Of a stretch of 64,000 bases of DNA, positions 35,117 through 50,527 are shown one piece after another. The translations under genes were made by a program, and so were the position numbers. The stretch is taken from positions 1,240,001 through 1,304,000 of the forward strand of contig NC_089430.1 in assembly GCF_026210795.1 (NCBI RefSeq). The letters run 5' to 3'. The stretch comes from Rhizophagus irregularis. Lineage: Eukaryota. Under the pieces are notes generated by a model that was not told where the DNA came from, searched no databases, and was given only the letters and a program-made list of their open reading frames with translations. The stretch's first letter is position 1; each line of letters opens with the position of its first letter.

Positions 35117-38100
35117 ATATTTTTTTTTTCCTAGTATCAATAATAATAATATATCACAAGTTTTTGTATTTTACCATTTTTGTATAAATATTTAGCTAAT
35201 TACATTACCGAATTTTCAATAAATATTTTTGTTTATATTTTGTCAATATAAACTTTTTCCATTTTCCTCATGTTTGATCTTATAAAAAATATATATATAT
35301 ATAAATTTCTTTTTAATCTAAAGTGTATTTTAATGATTCAATTTTCAAATTCCATAAAAGGTAAATAAAAAAAAAGTGAACTCGAATTTAACATATCTCT
35401 CACTTGTTAGGTATACAATACGATGCCTATTAGACGACAATGAACACCCTTCACAATATAATCATAAGCTGCCAAAGTACGGATAATTTTGTTTTCGAAC
35501 TTTAGACTACAATAACGTGTCAATTTTACCAGTAAAATATTGTGTTAAGTAAAATATTGATTAAGCTAAAACAATGATCTAAATTTTACTTACCTTTATA
35601 AAAAATTCTTCAAGTATCGTGATGAGTTAGAAAACAGCAAATATCCTCTCATCAACTGTAACCTCGTCCACGTATCAAATTGTCATACAGCCTTTGAAAG
35701 TTGGTATGTCGAACCCACAAATCGAAGAGACAATAATAATTCTCTGATTCACAAACCCATTTCTTTTACAATGCTGTACGTCATCAATGTTATAAAAAAA
35801 GTTATTATTAACGAATGCATAAGTTTTTACAAAAAGGGTGATTAATTGATTATGCTTACTTCATGGAATGATCCTTAAACAGTAAGTAATAATTGAGGCA
35901 TCCTGAATGATATTTTGTTCTTTCATGGAAGAACGCTGGAATGAAAAATGATTGTTTCATTTTTTTTTAAAAAAAAAAATGCAATTTTTTACTGTGCGAC
36001 TCAAATCTACTTATGTAAATTTGCATTTAAACAATATTGGTAAAGTTATGCCTTACGTCTCTTCAAGCTAAAACTTATTTTTATGCGGACTTTCAGAAAC
36101 TTTTCCTAAAGTATGGACTGTGATACATTGTACACAACCGAATAAACAAGGGTATTTATACATGCGAACGTATACTCTCGCATACTTCTGTAAAAAGGAA
36201 TATGAACAGAGATAGAAAATGAAAAATAATACAAATTTCTTATAACATATGAATGATTACAAATAGTTCAAAATTGAGAATCTTGGGTGGGTGTCATTAA
36301 CAACAAACAAAGAAAATTGCTTATCTTAATTCCTCAAGTTTGAAAATTTATGGTAACTTTTTTTGTTGTCTTCACTAAACCAAATTAACTTTATTTAAGT
36401 ACATAACATATAAATATTTAAATGGAATAATTCGGAGATATAAAATGCCTCTATTTGATTCGTCTCAACAGGACGATCTAGTGATGATGTAAAAGTTTTT
36501 TAACCTCCATCTTTCAACAATGAGATTTCTTTAAATGAAAATAGACTTAACATAAATGTTGTAATCATAAAAGAATGGTGATAAGATTTATATTGTTTGT
36601 ATCATAATCAACACGTCATAATTTCATAATTTCGTTAGCATGTCCAAAAATTATTATGACATATTATATCTGAGAGATCAATGAAAAAAAAGATCTGCAT
36701 GAACTTCCCTTAATTGGTGTAGCACGACAGCGCCTTTTAAAAATTCAAACATTTTTCTCGTACTAAAATAATTTAATGAGAGTATTTATTAAACGTAAAT
36801 TTTTACTGAGAGACAAGAATTCAAAATTACCTTTTCATAACAAAAGTTCCGCTGTAATTCACAAAATAAATCTTTTCTATCTTCATTCTACAAGACGCCC
36901 ATTATTTCATAACCGTCAATCTAGAGATTATCAATTATATAAATTTACGAAATCTTTATAAAATTAATGGATATTGAGATTTTCAAGAAAAATTAATCAG
37001 TGGTGAATATGAAGTGAAGGTATTTGTATTTGTATTCTTGAAGATAGTTTGAATATACTACTCCGATATCAATTGCTTGATGTAGTTAATTATGACCATA
37101 AATGATACAAACTTACAATGTGAAAAATATTTAATGATATTAATTATTTTTAAATTTATTCAGGTAATAGAGAAGTTTGATTCTCTTTTTTCTTTATTGG
37201 AATTGATAGCGAGAGACCTAAATACATTATTAAGTCAAATCCTTTAATGCTTGAAATTATTTATTTAACGGTAAATGAAATCACCGAGATAGATTGACGT
37301 ATCATAAATATTGTTTTATTCACTTTAATAACAAATTATCTTTTCCATTTATTTCTGTTGCCATTCTTTGATTTCCATATCTAGGTGTACATTTTTGGAT
37401 CCTAGACATGAAAAGATCAGGTAATTATGCAGACTCTATAGATATTATGGACTCTGATCTCCTAATTCCAAAGGATGGAAACTTCACTATAAGTCTATAA
37501 CCAAATGGTTTTTTAAGAGTTGATGAACTCAGAAATTTCATGATCCTACATGATTTGTAAAACGGGATTCTTTATTTCCATTATTTTTTAATGTCTTTGC
37601 ATATTTCTATAAGTCAAAAATTAGTAAAAGTTGCATACGTTGCCTTTAACTAACAGGTTCTTTGATACATCTCAAAAATTTTTAACCGCCAGGGTAAACC
37701 GATCGATAGTTAATATAGAGCGGTGGACAGCTAAACATTAATGATCGTCACTAACGGAAATATCTGTATTTTATATGATCACATATGTTGGGTAATTTAG
37801 AGTTCAAGAATTAATTATTGGTAAAAATTTTTTAAAATATTTTTATTTTTTATTGTTAAATTATAAAAGTGTAAAATGTACTGAATTTATTGGAAATATT
37901 TTTACAGGAGGAGCGGAAGAATTTTTTGGTTACAAATCTCCAAAAATAATTTTAAAGCTAATGGAGAAATAAAAAAATGCAAAAATGAAATGAAAATAAA
38001 CAAGATCATTAAATGAACCAAATTGAAAACAAGGTTAAAAACAAAGGGGAAAATGAACAAAATCAAAAGTAGAGAAAGTATAGATGAAAAAGATAAAAGA

Positions 38101-38248
38101 ATCAACCAAAAATAGACGAAAAAATGGGAATATAATTAAAAAGAAACCGAAAATGAATACCATAGAAAAGCGTAATAAAACACTTAAATCAAGATATTGA
38201 CTCAAGAGAAATGAAGTAAAGGGGGTAGACGACGAGTATATCTTTATT

Positions 38249-38678
38249 GAGTCTGTCTGATGATCTTTCTGAATCCAGTCATATCAATTTTTAGCACAGT
38301 CATAAAACTAAATCTACATGACCGATCTACATTTTATTTTTTTTCTTCATGTAGATTTAAATAAACATTTTTTTATACAATAAAATGTTTAAAAACTTAT
38401 AACAAAAATTAATTGCATCTTAATTTATTGAAACAAGAGGTTTCTAGCAATTTATACTATATCATTTACTAAAACCATTATCTCATTAAATATTTAATAG
38501 TAAAAAAAAAAATTTTTTTTTAATAAAGCGAACAGCAAAAAAAAAAATCGTGTAAATCAAGCTTGATAACAAATTGGATTTTAAGCGAATCACTGGACCG
38601 ATGATCTGGACCAAAATTCACATGACTATGCTAAAATTGTCGTTACTGGACTCTGAAAGATCATTGGACCAGACACCG
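38249..38678. mobile_element. Degenerate MITE with ~55 bp inverted ends
   Basis: GATGATCTTTCTGAATCCAGT..TTTTAGCACAGTCAT pairs with ATGACTATGCTAAAA..ACTGGACTCTGAAAGATCATT. Confidence 0.6.
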
Positions 38679-39779
38679 TAAGGCATAACTTTTTTTAATA
38701 CATGTAATATTTTTGTGTACAAAATAATATAAATTGGCACATTAATACTAATGAAAAATAATAACCAATTTGTCATGTCAAACTCTCGTAACAGAATACA
38801 TTACTGTAAAAGCATATAAATATGACTATACCCTTTTTAGCTAAGATTCATTATTTTATTTTACATTGTATGCTGTATGGTATCAATATTTGTTGAATAA
38901 AATTGGTAATATGTTACCTAAACCTAGACAGCATCCACACACTATATACTATATATATTTTAATTAACTTTAAAAAAATAAACAAACAAATCAATAATCA
39001 TTTATTTTTATAGAAGCTTTAGGAGGGAAGAACATGTATTGTGCTAATATCTTGATTTTCCTTAGGTGTAAAGAACGTGAACCGTTCCAAAATTAATTTG
39101 TCGATGATTATTATTGACTCAATAATAATAGAGGAGATACAAGGTAATTTTACAAGCATCCTTGTTTGTATTCAAAATATAAAGTGCTATGATTTGGTGC
39201 TCTATCTTTAATATCAGAGAATGTTAAAGTTTGATACATTCATGGATCCCTGCTTAAATGGCCCGCACTATGACTTTGACTGACTTTGACTTGAGTTAAC
39301 TCGTAGAGATAGAAGCTATTATGAACTCATATCCTCACTAGTTTCCATACTATTCCATGCATTAATAGTATATTCAAATTTTAATTTGAAATTCACAATT
39401 AAACAAATTCATAATCAAAATATGATTATTATTAGATTCCTTCTTTTCATAATATAATAATGTTTTAAATGGGAAAACAATTACGGCAGCAATTTTTTAG
39501 ATAATTGTGATACACATTTTATACGATTATAGCATTCAGCAAGAAAAAATTATGTCATTACAACATTACGCCAGATTACACCATAGCAGCCAGGCTATAT
39601 TTCGATAGTTTCTAATCTCTTAACAATATCATACTTTATAAATCATAAATATACGTACATAAATTCCTGCAAAAGATTTTACTAAATAATGTTCATTTGA
39701 CATATATATATAATTTAATAAGAATCTCAAAACAATAAGAATTGGAAATTTTAACTTGATTTATCCCATATTATACTTA

Positions 39780-42700
39780 TTATACTTTCTTCAATGAAGC
39801 TGGTTCATGATTTCTTAAACTGTCTTCTACGTAATTAAAATAATTCGCTAATTTGCCCGCATCAGCAGTACTAGTAAATTGACATCGTAGAGCATTTTTG
39901 GATGATGGATTCTGTGGATGATAAGATTGTGCAATCTCTGCCATTTTGTTTAAAGAGTTACTATGTCGATCACTACCAAATAATACCGTATACAGGTATA
40001 ACGGAGAACTGAAATTTTCAAAGATTTTTTTAAAAAATAGGGTCATTAAATGAATTTTAATCTAAAAAAAATAAAAAATAACTAATAAACTAATTACCCT
40101 TTTTCTTTATTTTGTTTACAAATAGCATTAAGTTGATTTGTTGGAGTTCCGCATTCTCTATCAGATAAGAATATAATGACATTTACTCTAAAATAAAATT
40201 ATAAATAAATAAGTTATACAAAATAGTTAATGTATTTAACTTATTCAAATGAACGTACTTTGTAGGATCAAAGTGAGTTTCAATCAAAACTCCGGCTTTC
40301 TGAATTGCACTATCAAAATTTATTAAACCACAAGCTTCGTATTGGAGCATTGAATTTAACAAATCTTTCAGATTTGTTAAATCTTGATATTCAAATGGGA
40401 CTATAGTCTAGATTATATCGATGATTAGAGTATATCTTTTGAATAAATATGAGTTCAAATTTAAATATCATTAAGTGTAAAACAGAATACCTTATGGTTG
40501 AACAAGACTAATGAAATTCTATCAGTCATAGTGGAATTTCTACGTGCATTCATAAATAAGTATACCTATATTAATAGTAAATCTAGTTAACGAAAACTAA
40601 GGTTGGATTGGTTAATTGAATATCATTTAATATTACCGCTTGATAAACTGCGCCAATCCTATTATTATGCTTCTTTGTTAAATCATTATAAATTGGAAAG
40701 TCTTGAATCGGTTTAATATCTTGCTTAGTCATAGAACTTGAATAATCCAAAACAAAGATAATGTGAAAAGGAGTATTTGGTTTTTCACAATTAAAATAAT
40801 GCCCATCTGAAGATACATATCCATAATCATTTGGAGGTTTTGATATTGGGGCATGGAAAAGTTGTAATTCACAAAATGATGATTTAGATTTATGTTTTTT
40901 ATCGGGACATTGATGATCACATTTTGTAAATTCTTGTTGTTCTTGACAAGTATGAGGGTCTAATGTCAAATAAAACAATTTAAATATACATAAAGCATAT
41001 TTATTAGGGGGGTACTGATGAACTTTTTATGTATTTTATACCTTTGAAGCCTGTTCGCTCCCAGAAAAGTTTGTGAGAAATAAAATCTTTTGGCTTATCA
41101 GGATTAGGCGAAACTTTCACTGATTAAAGAATAACAACGGTAATATGTAAATAAGTTCATTTAATGAAAAAAGAATTATAAATTACCATTGATGTGTTGC
41201 ATATCCCGGCTCAGTTCGCAATTTTCATCATTTTGGCAATAATCAATATGGCGATGTCTGCCTAAATCTTTACAAAACTAATACAGAGAAAGAAAATTAA
41301 TATATATTATTATTATTATAAATCTATATTAGTGTAATACTTACTAAATTGCAAAGAACAAACGTTTTTTGATCACTAACTCTTAAATTGTATCAAACAA
41401 ATAGACATTTTAATTAAAACAAAACATCATATTTACTAGATTTTTCCTTAATGATTTATATACTATACCCTGCATATACAAATTCATCTCCTGTGAATTC
41501 AGTTTGTGTCATATTTATACCATGTCTTGTGTCATGAAAATGCGGATGTCCATAAGGTAATGTACACTAATTTCATTTAGTCTTTTTAATATTATATTGT
41601 AATCGACAAAAAATGAAATTATATAATTAAACATAAAATCTTGAGATACATACATAATATTCGCAGAACTGACATTTTTTATCACAATAGTGATCTTCAT
41701 TATGCGTATGTTTTCCAGCATGCTCAAATTCATTCGGAGGAATCATTTTATTACATTTTAATTTCTCACTTAATTGAATATACTATTTTTAATAAATTAT
41801 CAAAGGCTTAAGAGTTAATACATTTTATCATATTATTAACATTATACATTAAAATTGTACCTTTGTATATGTAATAACAGTTCCTTCGACTCTACCCTTA
41901 TAAGTTTCTTCTTGCTTTTTAGGTTCAGTCACCACATTACATATACCATCTTCTTCGCATAATTCACGACATTGATGCTCTTTCCTTTAATCAAAAATAT
42001 TTTTTTAATTAATTAACATTCATTCAGAAAGAAAATAATGAAAATAATTATAAGAGTATAGTACATACCCACAAAAATGATTAACTTGCTGTGAGTCAGA
42101 AAAAGCATGAAAGTGATCATCACTTTGACATCTTTCCTTGCAATCTGGAATTGGACATTGAATTGGACAAGTTGTATTTTCACAACGATGAAAATAATGA
42201 TGTTCTTTATATGATATAGTACATTTATTTGGGCAACGATAATCTCCTTTTGTGTTGTGTATTGATAATGAACAATCTTTTCCACAATAATGATTACGTT
42301 TTGATTGACATAAATGTTCGCCATCATCATGTCCAAATTTCTTAGAACAAAATTTTTGACAGTTAAACTTGCCAATAAGGAAACATGTTTTACCACATAA
42401 ATGAATCATTTTGGCACAAGCATGTTTTCCTTTATGTCCAGCCTTGTGTTTACATTCTGGGGTTGGATTGTCGTTGTGGGCTTCACTAAAGTGACAAGGA
42501 AAATGGCACTTATGATCGGTTAAACAGTCATGATTTTCTTTGTGATCATGATTTTTCACGCATTTCAAACCACATTGATAACATGTTAATCCACACAAAG
42601 TCCATAGACGTGTAAGTTCATCTATTTTTTGATTCAATGCATATCTTCCATCAGTTATGTCACTATTATCTTGTGGAAATTTGGCAGTATTTTGCAAATA

Positions 42701-45700
42701 CCAATTTTTAACACGTGAAGTTCGACGTTTAATAATATCCTTTAAGAATCTATCAAAGTTAGAAAACCATTCATTATCATCAGATGATTCTTTTCGTGAT
42801 TGTTTAGTTGTCTCGAAATGGGTTCTTAAATACTCGGAAAGTTGGATGAAAAATTCATCAACATCATCATTGATATCTGGAAACAATTTAATTGGGTTTC
42901 CATCATTCAAAAAATCAATTGGGCCATAAATTGGTTCTTCAGAATCATGATTCTATTGGAATGAATAGATTAGATACACATATCTCTCATTAAGAGTTAT
43001 ATACGCTATATTCATTATAACAAAAGAGTGTATTTACCACAAGAGGTATAATAACGGGATCTTTTTGCTCTATACCATAAGATACAGCAATTGGAAGTAA
43101 TCTTTTTAAAGTTGCAACACGTATATGTATGAGGTTTTCGTTTAATGAACTCCAATCACATATCTAAATTTCAAGATGTAAAAATTAAAGAAAAAGAATA
43201 CTCATCATTAGACATAGCGCTTACAAACCTTCAATTTAGCCATGATTACTTTCGTATTTTGCAAGAAAGTTTTGGCATTGTCATATTTTGTTTCTTTTCT
43301 ATCTAGCAGCATTTTAATTTTTGATAGCCTTTCAAACCATGCTACGTCATGAAAATCAGGCAAAGCCATAATATTTAATTCATCTCCATACATTTTTGTA
43401 ATAAAATTATCTATTCCTTCCTAAAACCTTAAATTAGCTTTTTTAAAGATATACACTGTTTATATAATTTTTATTTTAATTACCTCTGCAATTAATTTCT
43501 CCAATTTTAATTGAAGCTCGTTAATAATACCATCCTTATCTGCTTTAGGCACGTCTTTAATGATAATACAGAGTCTTACCTGAAAAATAATAATAAATAA
43601 TATGCAATGTTTGGGTTTAAATATTTAATTATATCATAATTATGATTTACCTTTGGATCCGACTCAAATAACTTTACGCCAGCTTGTAAGTTTTGAAACA
43701 TTTTTGCATCTCTATTTATGGTGTATTTATTCTTTTGTAATTAAACAATTTATTGATCATATTAGTAAAAATACAAAGCAAGAGCCAAATAATATAATAC
43801 AACAGTATAATTAATATAATTACTTTATTATAGAGAACAAGATTTGAAACAACTGTATTAAAGAGTGTTAGAAACATATCTAAGAATTTATTAATTGGCA
43901 AAATATAGTTAGATCACGATAAATAAATAGATAATTTGTAGATACACTTTAGCACATGCCTTCTTGTGAAGTTCCTTCAAAAGATCTTAATCCTTCAAAA
44001 TCGAGCGCGACATAAATACATTCTTTTGTATTAACTATAAATATAAAAAGTTAATAAAATGTATTTTGATGGAGTAAAAAAAAAGTTTAAACCCTACCTA
44101 ATGACATCCATACTCCTTCAGTACAACGCTAAAACAAGTTAGTAAATATTTAGAATTAATCAAAAAATTTAAAAAATTTAAAAAGATATACTACATACCT
44201 TACATACTGTTGCTGGCACATCAAATGTAGTTCCAACAAGATGGTTTAACATAAATGATTTTCCACATGATTGTTCACCCATGCTTGAAATAATTTTTAC
44301 TTTTTTATTACTAAAATGCTTGAAGATTCCCTCATACCATCCAAAAGATATGTTTTTTGATATAATTTCTACATGACGACGATCATCTCCAAGTTCAATT
44401 AGATGGTTTTCATCCGAAGATAATCCATCCTTGAGTGGCTGAAATAAGTTGTTTCTTGCTACAGCAATTTGTATAGGAATTAGACAACAAAGTTGAATAA
44501 TCCATTCTCCTAACTGATATTCTGATGAAAATTTCTTTTGAAATTCCACATTTTCAATATCAAGTTCTTGAAAAGTCATAACTGATGTAGAAAATTTCTT
44601 TAATATATTTGCAGGCTTCTTTGTCAAACGCTTTAAATTGTCAAATATTTTAGTAGTATATTTTTCAAATTTCTCGCCATATTTTTCAATGTTGCCGCTT
44701 TCATCAATATCAAGAACTACTTTTAAACTAAGAGGGCGACTTTGTTCAGGATCGATACAGCTATCAATTGGATATTTTTCAAACATTAATTTATAAGGAT
44801 TGATAAGATCATTTGATTTTGTTCTCTGAAGCGCAAGTGAACGATTTCGCTTGTAATGTTGGAAACGATATATCATCTTCTTATGGACCAATAATAAAGA
44901 ATTAAAACATCCATTATTTAAATCGAGTGAGATCAAATGAGTTTGTTGGTTATCGATACAGGAAATTTGAAGAAACTCCAAGAATTTAAAATTTAATGGT
45001 AAATCAATAACTGAAAAATAAAAGAAAATAAATATTAGTAAATTCATAAACTTTTAATAATACAAAAGAAAATTTAAATTATGAACCTTTATTAACAGGA
45101 CCTCCATATTCTCCGGAAAAATAAACGTAAACACGATTTATCTCCTTAATACCATTATTATAGTCACGTTGTTTTTTATCATCAGTAGAAATAATTGAAT
45201 CAAATTCTTCAGATTTATCTTTCAATATTTCTTTCGTAAATGCCACAATATAAGAACCATCTGGGGAACTTAAAACATTCACTAGATTAGACGGAAACTT
45301 ACAATCTACTCGGAATTGAGGATACATGATATTAAAAATACGTGCTCGACCACAATTCTCGACAAAGCAAAGTTTCTCAGTGTCTTTGATGAACAGAAAA
45401 TATTTAATGCTCGGTATATTACTATACCATTGCAATAATTGAATATTTGCATAACATCGATTTAACCTTGATCGATTATCGCCAAAAGAAAATACGTCAA
45501 GCTAATGTTACATTTTTTATATAAAAAATAAATTAGACGAAAAAATGCATTACAAAATTAAAATAAACTAGGGACTTATATCAAATACCTTAACTTCTTT
45601 CGTATTATATATTGCGAGAAGCCCTTTTGGTTCATTAACTGCAATAATAAAATTTTCATCTGTATTCAATAGTTTAAATGGTTTAATAGTCGAATGCGAT

Positions 45701-48626
45701 TTAAAATTTTGTGCTAATTGTCTTGCAGTATTAAAGAATATTTCAATTCTTTTGTTATCTTTATTGTAAAGCATAAGAAGAAATTTACAATTATCAAATT
45801 GAGATATTTTTCTATAATTATAAAAATGATATTAGATATTATTTTTTTCTTAAATATCTTATTTTAAGTTACAAAAATTATTCAAATTCTTACTTAAAGT
45901 CATAGACTTGAGGAATGCGAAATGATGTACCGTATTGATTAAGTAAAATTGGAGATGGGGTATCTACTTTTAATGATGTTTCATAAATCGTTAATTGCAG
46001 TTGATCTGGTTGAAGCTCTTCGATATCATATTCAATCGTGAAAGATTCTTCATTTTCTGAAAAAAATTATATTAAAACCTGATTCGCTAAAAAATTTATT
46101 TAAACAAAATAAACACAATAACAGGCATAAACAATTTACTTTTTACATTTAATAGATATAATCGCATGGAACTACAAAAATGAATAAAATCGTAATAATT
46201 AGTTAATATAAATAAGGGGCAATTATAAAAGAGAACTTAACTCACCCGCCATCTTTATATTTAGTTTCTATTTCATTACATATTTGTCCAAACATATTTT
46301 TCTCAATTATTTTCTTTTCTTCTTCGTATTCTCGCTTTAATTTATTTACTTGATTGTTTTTCCATTTATGATACTCCTCAATAAAAATATTTATAATATT
46401 TTCTCTAATTTCTTCATATCCTTCAAATAATTCATATTCCATGAGTTCATCAATAAATTCTTCATCTGACATTTTACTGGTCATTTGTTCTGCCTTATAA
46501 ATATTCGAAGTTTTAAAAACATTAAAAATACTCCAATTATTTTGTGTATATTTTTCAAGCAATTTGTTTAAGTCAGATTCAATATCAGTGAACATATTAT
46601 AAAAGGTTTCTATTGCGAATTTTTTCGTTTCATCTGTTTCATCTGTATCATCATCATCTTCTGATTCATTTGTTTTCAATATTTTATTAATAACGATGCA
46701 TGATAAATTATATTTTGTTTTCATTTTTTCCCAATTTTCTGAGTCAATTTTAATCATTTTTTTAATTTGATATTCTATTCCAGGATACCTCGTTCGAATT
46801 CTTTCGAGGTCTACATAATCAAATATATATTTAAATATTGTTTTTCAAAGATTGTAATGATTGACATTATATTTACCCGTATCGCTAATGTTTGTTCGTG
46901 ATAGACAATTATCCCGAATAATATATTTATCAAAAATACTATATATATATATCATACATAGAAATTTATTTAATGATAACATAAATACATATATAAATTT
47001 TAAAGCAAATATTAATTCATATACGCACCTTTCAAAATCATGTAGTTTTATTATTGCCATTTTTTGAATGATTTCGATATCTTTAACGGTAGAAATTGCG
47101 TCATACAGTGGAGTTAAAGATTCTTCCATTCCTAATCCGTGTTTAATAAACAATTCTAGTGCATATATATCCATCTTATTACGATCAATACGTAAATATC
47201 GACCTTGCAGTTTTGTTTTAAGATGATTTGGAAATTTTTCTACAGAAACTCGCGCAAGGACAATCTTTGAATGCCTAATTCCCTTTATCAATTGTCGAGT
47301 GACGAATGATTGATTTGTAGTAGATTCAACAACTAAAAATAAAATGGATATTTTTAACATTTATTAATAATGCAAGCTCAACTTAAGTCAATTTAAAGCG
47401 TACCTATTGGATATAACGGGATGTCACCTTCATTTTGATTATTAATTTCGGTCTTAATGTTATTTGGCAAATTCACCTTCATAAGATAAAATTATTATAT
47501 AAATTATTGTTGACTTTTAAGTTATATAAGATATTTATTTTAAAAAAAAATAAAACCTTAAAGCCGTTATCAATATTAAAATCTTCCTTTTCTTCTTGAC
47601 TTCTTTTTACTGTAAACTCGTAATCTAAATCATCTGAATCATCTGAATCATCTGTATCATCAATTTTGCCTAAGTTTAAGCCTTTCAAATCTTCATCGCT
47701 CATTAAACAGATCTGATGATCGGTGAGTTTTGTTAAATATCTGATTAAAAATTCAAATGAGTAATTAATTATAAAAACCCTAAATTTTCAACTCAAAAAG
47801 AAAGAATCAGCACCTATGTAAATTAACCATATTCCTTTTAATCTGGAAAGGAGTAATTAAATAATTTTCATAGCATCCAATTTCAGGCCAATGAATAATT
47901 AAACCAAAATTAGAATTCACTTTTAAAAAGTAAATTCCTGGAAGTAGCAAGTTGGAAGTTGTGAGCAATTTATACCTGTAAGAAAAAATTTAGATTAACT
48001 ATTTTTCGTATATAATAATATTATTACAACGAAAGAAATTTTATATTTACAATTGTTGATCAATTATATTTTTATTCAACAAGAGTTTTGCGATCAAAAT
48101 GCGATTTCCATAACATCCAATAAGACGAAATGAGATTGAATTTAATTCCGAGTAATTAATTTCAGAAATAGATTTGAAACTTGATTGGACCATATCATTG
48201 CATAGCTTCCCTAAATATTCCTTGGAAATAATTATCTTGTCCACTTTAAGATATTAAACATAATGAAAATTAATGTTGCTTTACAGAATGTTCCAGTAAT
48301 TTGACCTTAACTAAATTTACCAATTCCGCTTGATTCAATATCATTACATAAATCCAACAATCGGTACAATCCATTAATACAATTAGCTAAGTCGCTTGAA
48401 TCTTCAGTCGTCAAGTCATCCGTATCCTCTTGAACCTCTAAAGAAAGAGTTACAAATAATTAAAGAAAGTACAAATTTGTCATTCGGATAAATTGCACAC
48501 CACATGATTATTGCTTATTTCATTAAGCAAGAAAATATTGAACTTAAAAGCATACAAATAAATAAATAAAATATTTTATGCACCATTAGAATCGTTAGAA
48601 ACTTGTTCAAAATCACAATTTTGCAT
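39780..48626 (-). CDS. Large multi-exon protein: N-terminal region + GB1/RHD3 (GBP/atlastin/VLIG-like) GTPase + Cys/His-rich repeats + C-terminal vWA domain
   Basis: G1 SSMGEQSCGKSFMLNHL, G2 RCTEGVWMS, G3 ALDFEGLRS, and CIIIKDV. Cys/His run CGLTCYQC..HDC..HKC..HYC at ~42610-42070. vWA motifs HIIFVLDYSSSM, IIFLSD and LYTVLFG. The exons traced through the GTPase domain splice in frame. The start codon is approximate. Confidence 0.82.
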
Positions 48627-50235
48627 GATGCGTTGCGAAAATTTTAAATATTCTAGAGACATCCTTTTTTATATGTAAATATTTGGAAATATTTGGAATT
48701 TTGTTTTTGGAAACAATCGGCTAAATAATTTGCCGATATATTATTAATTCACAAACATGCATGTGACAATCAGATTTTATATAAGGGATCGCTAGCCATA
48801 TAAGAATACCAATAATCTAATATTGATGAAAAATTCTGGTTTAAAACTTGCAGTTGTATTTACTTTAAAACTGTTGTAATGTGCAACAAGTACGAAGTTG
48901 CATTGTTATATTCAAATTAAATTATGACGATATCTCTTTGCTATGCTAACGTAAAGAAATACATGTGTATGTTTTCCGATATGTAAATTTATTCTTAATT
49001 GAATAAATAAGAAGATAATATATTAATCACTTTATTCCTTAACAATTACATCTTAATTTTAGGTTCTATATATACTTTATTTATACAAATGTGCCTTCTT
49101 TATGCACAATTAATTCATGATTCATTTAAAATTAAAATATTTACAAAAAATACAGACACACAAAATGATTAAGCAATAGAATCTAGGATTAGACACAGAC
49201 ATATATATATATATATATTGAGCCACACGGAAAACTTGAACATTTGCTAATTAAAGTTTAATCAATTGATAAACTGTGTAACCAGTAAACAGATTAAGAT
49301 GTTAGCTGCGTACTTTAAATTTATTATTTTCTGAGCTTATCTGTTATTAATCTTAAGGTCTTTAAAAAATGAAACAAAATTGACTCCGAACCGACTTCAA
49401 CGAGCCGGATCGTTCAAATTGAAATTAAAGGTGGTTATTTAAATTTTTTTAGTCGACCAACTTCAGAATAAACGAACCGATCCCACCTCCAAACCGATCA
49501 ATTTGCGATCAAAAGCTCAACGATCAGTTATACTATTGTGTTTGCATAATATCCATATAAAATGGATGGTTATTGTCGAATGAAAAATAATATTTTTGTT
49601 AAAGAATCATTTTTAGTTCACTAGATAATAATCGTAAATTCGTAAACGGTAGCTATAGAACCCATGTAATAGATCCGATTGCTACTCATTTTGTCAAAGA
49701 GATTTCTTGTAACCTAGCTTTCGCATGGAGATTGTAGGAAATTTTACGCTTAATTCGTATTGTACCAAAGATATATACATTTATACTCAAAATTTTATGA
49801 ATTATGAATACAAACATTATTATTTATTATACTAATAATTAAAATTGTTAAATTCTTATTAGTGACACTAATAATTAACTTAATAACGGGAATTGTTAAG
49901 ATCATATTTAGTATGGGCATTTCATTTTTTTACCTTAGTTTTTACCTACTATGATTTTTTTTTTGAATCTAATCAACTCAATAAAGAATTGTACGAAGAA
50001 AATTGTATTATCCTAAAAGTTATTCCAGGGTATATTCAAGAATTTAATAGAAGTATAGAAAACTTAAATCGTATGGTTTGTTGTAATGAACTTTTCACAT
50101 ATTGTTATTTTGGCAACGCATAATTAAGCGATAAAATAATTTTGAAGCGACTGCTGAAACTTTCTGACCAATCAAAATCAGGAGTTTTGCGTTCAAGGTC
50201 AGGTGTATTTTTTATATATTAATATATATGGGTTT

Positions 50236-50527
50236 AAAATTTGTGCGCACCTGCGCATGTGTGCACTCCATGGATATATTATATATAAAAGTCAAAATGA
50301 CATTCTAAACCCTTCATGGCTCATTAAGTAAAGTTGTAGAATGGGCAAAAATACGCATAGCAAATAAATTTTAAGGCTCCATAGTATGTACGTAAGAGTT
50401 GCAGCATGAATATTTAAAAAAATCGGGATTTTACTAAAGTCATGTGATAATTAATGATCGACAAATTTACTATATAAAAATTACCAAAAATGGAGGGTGC
50501 GCACATGCGCGGGTGTGCACAAATTTT
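50236..50527. mobile_element. Short non-autonomous element with ~33 bp GC-rich inverted repeats
   Basis: AAAATTTGTGCGCACCTGCGCATGTGTGCAC pairs with GTGCGCACATGCGCGGGTGTGCACAAATTTT, with TATATA tracts outside. Confidence 0.7.

Noticed and set aside
35590..36200. Possible minus-strand exon remnants
   Set aside because: Stops interrupt the best frame and no family was recognised.
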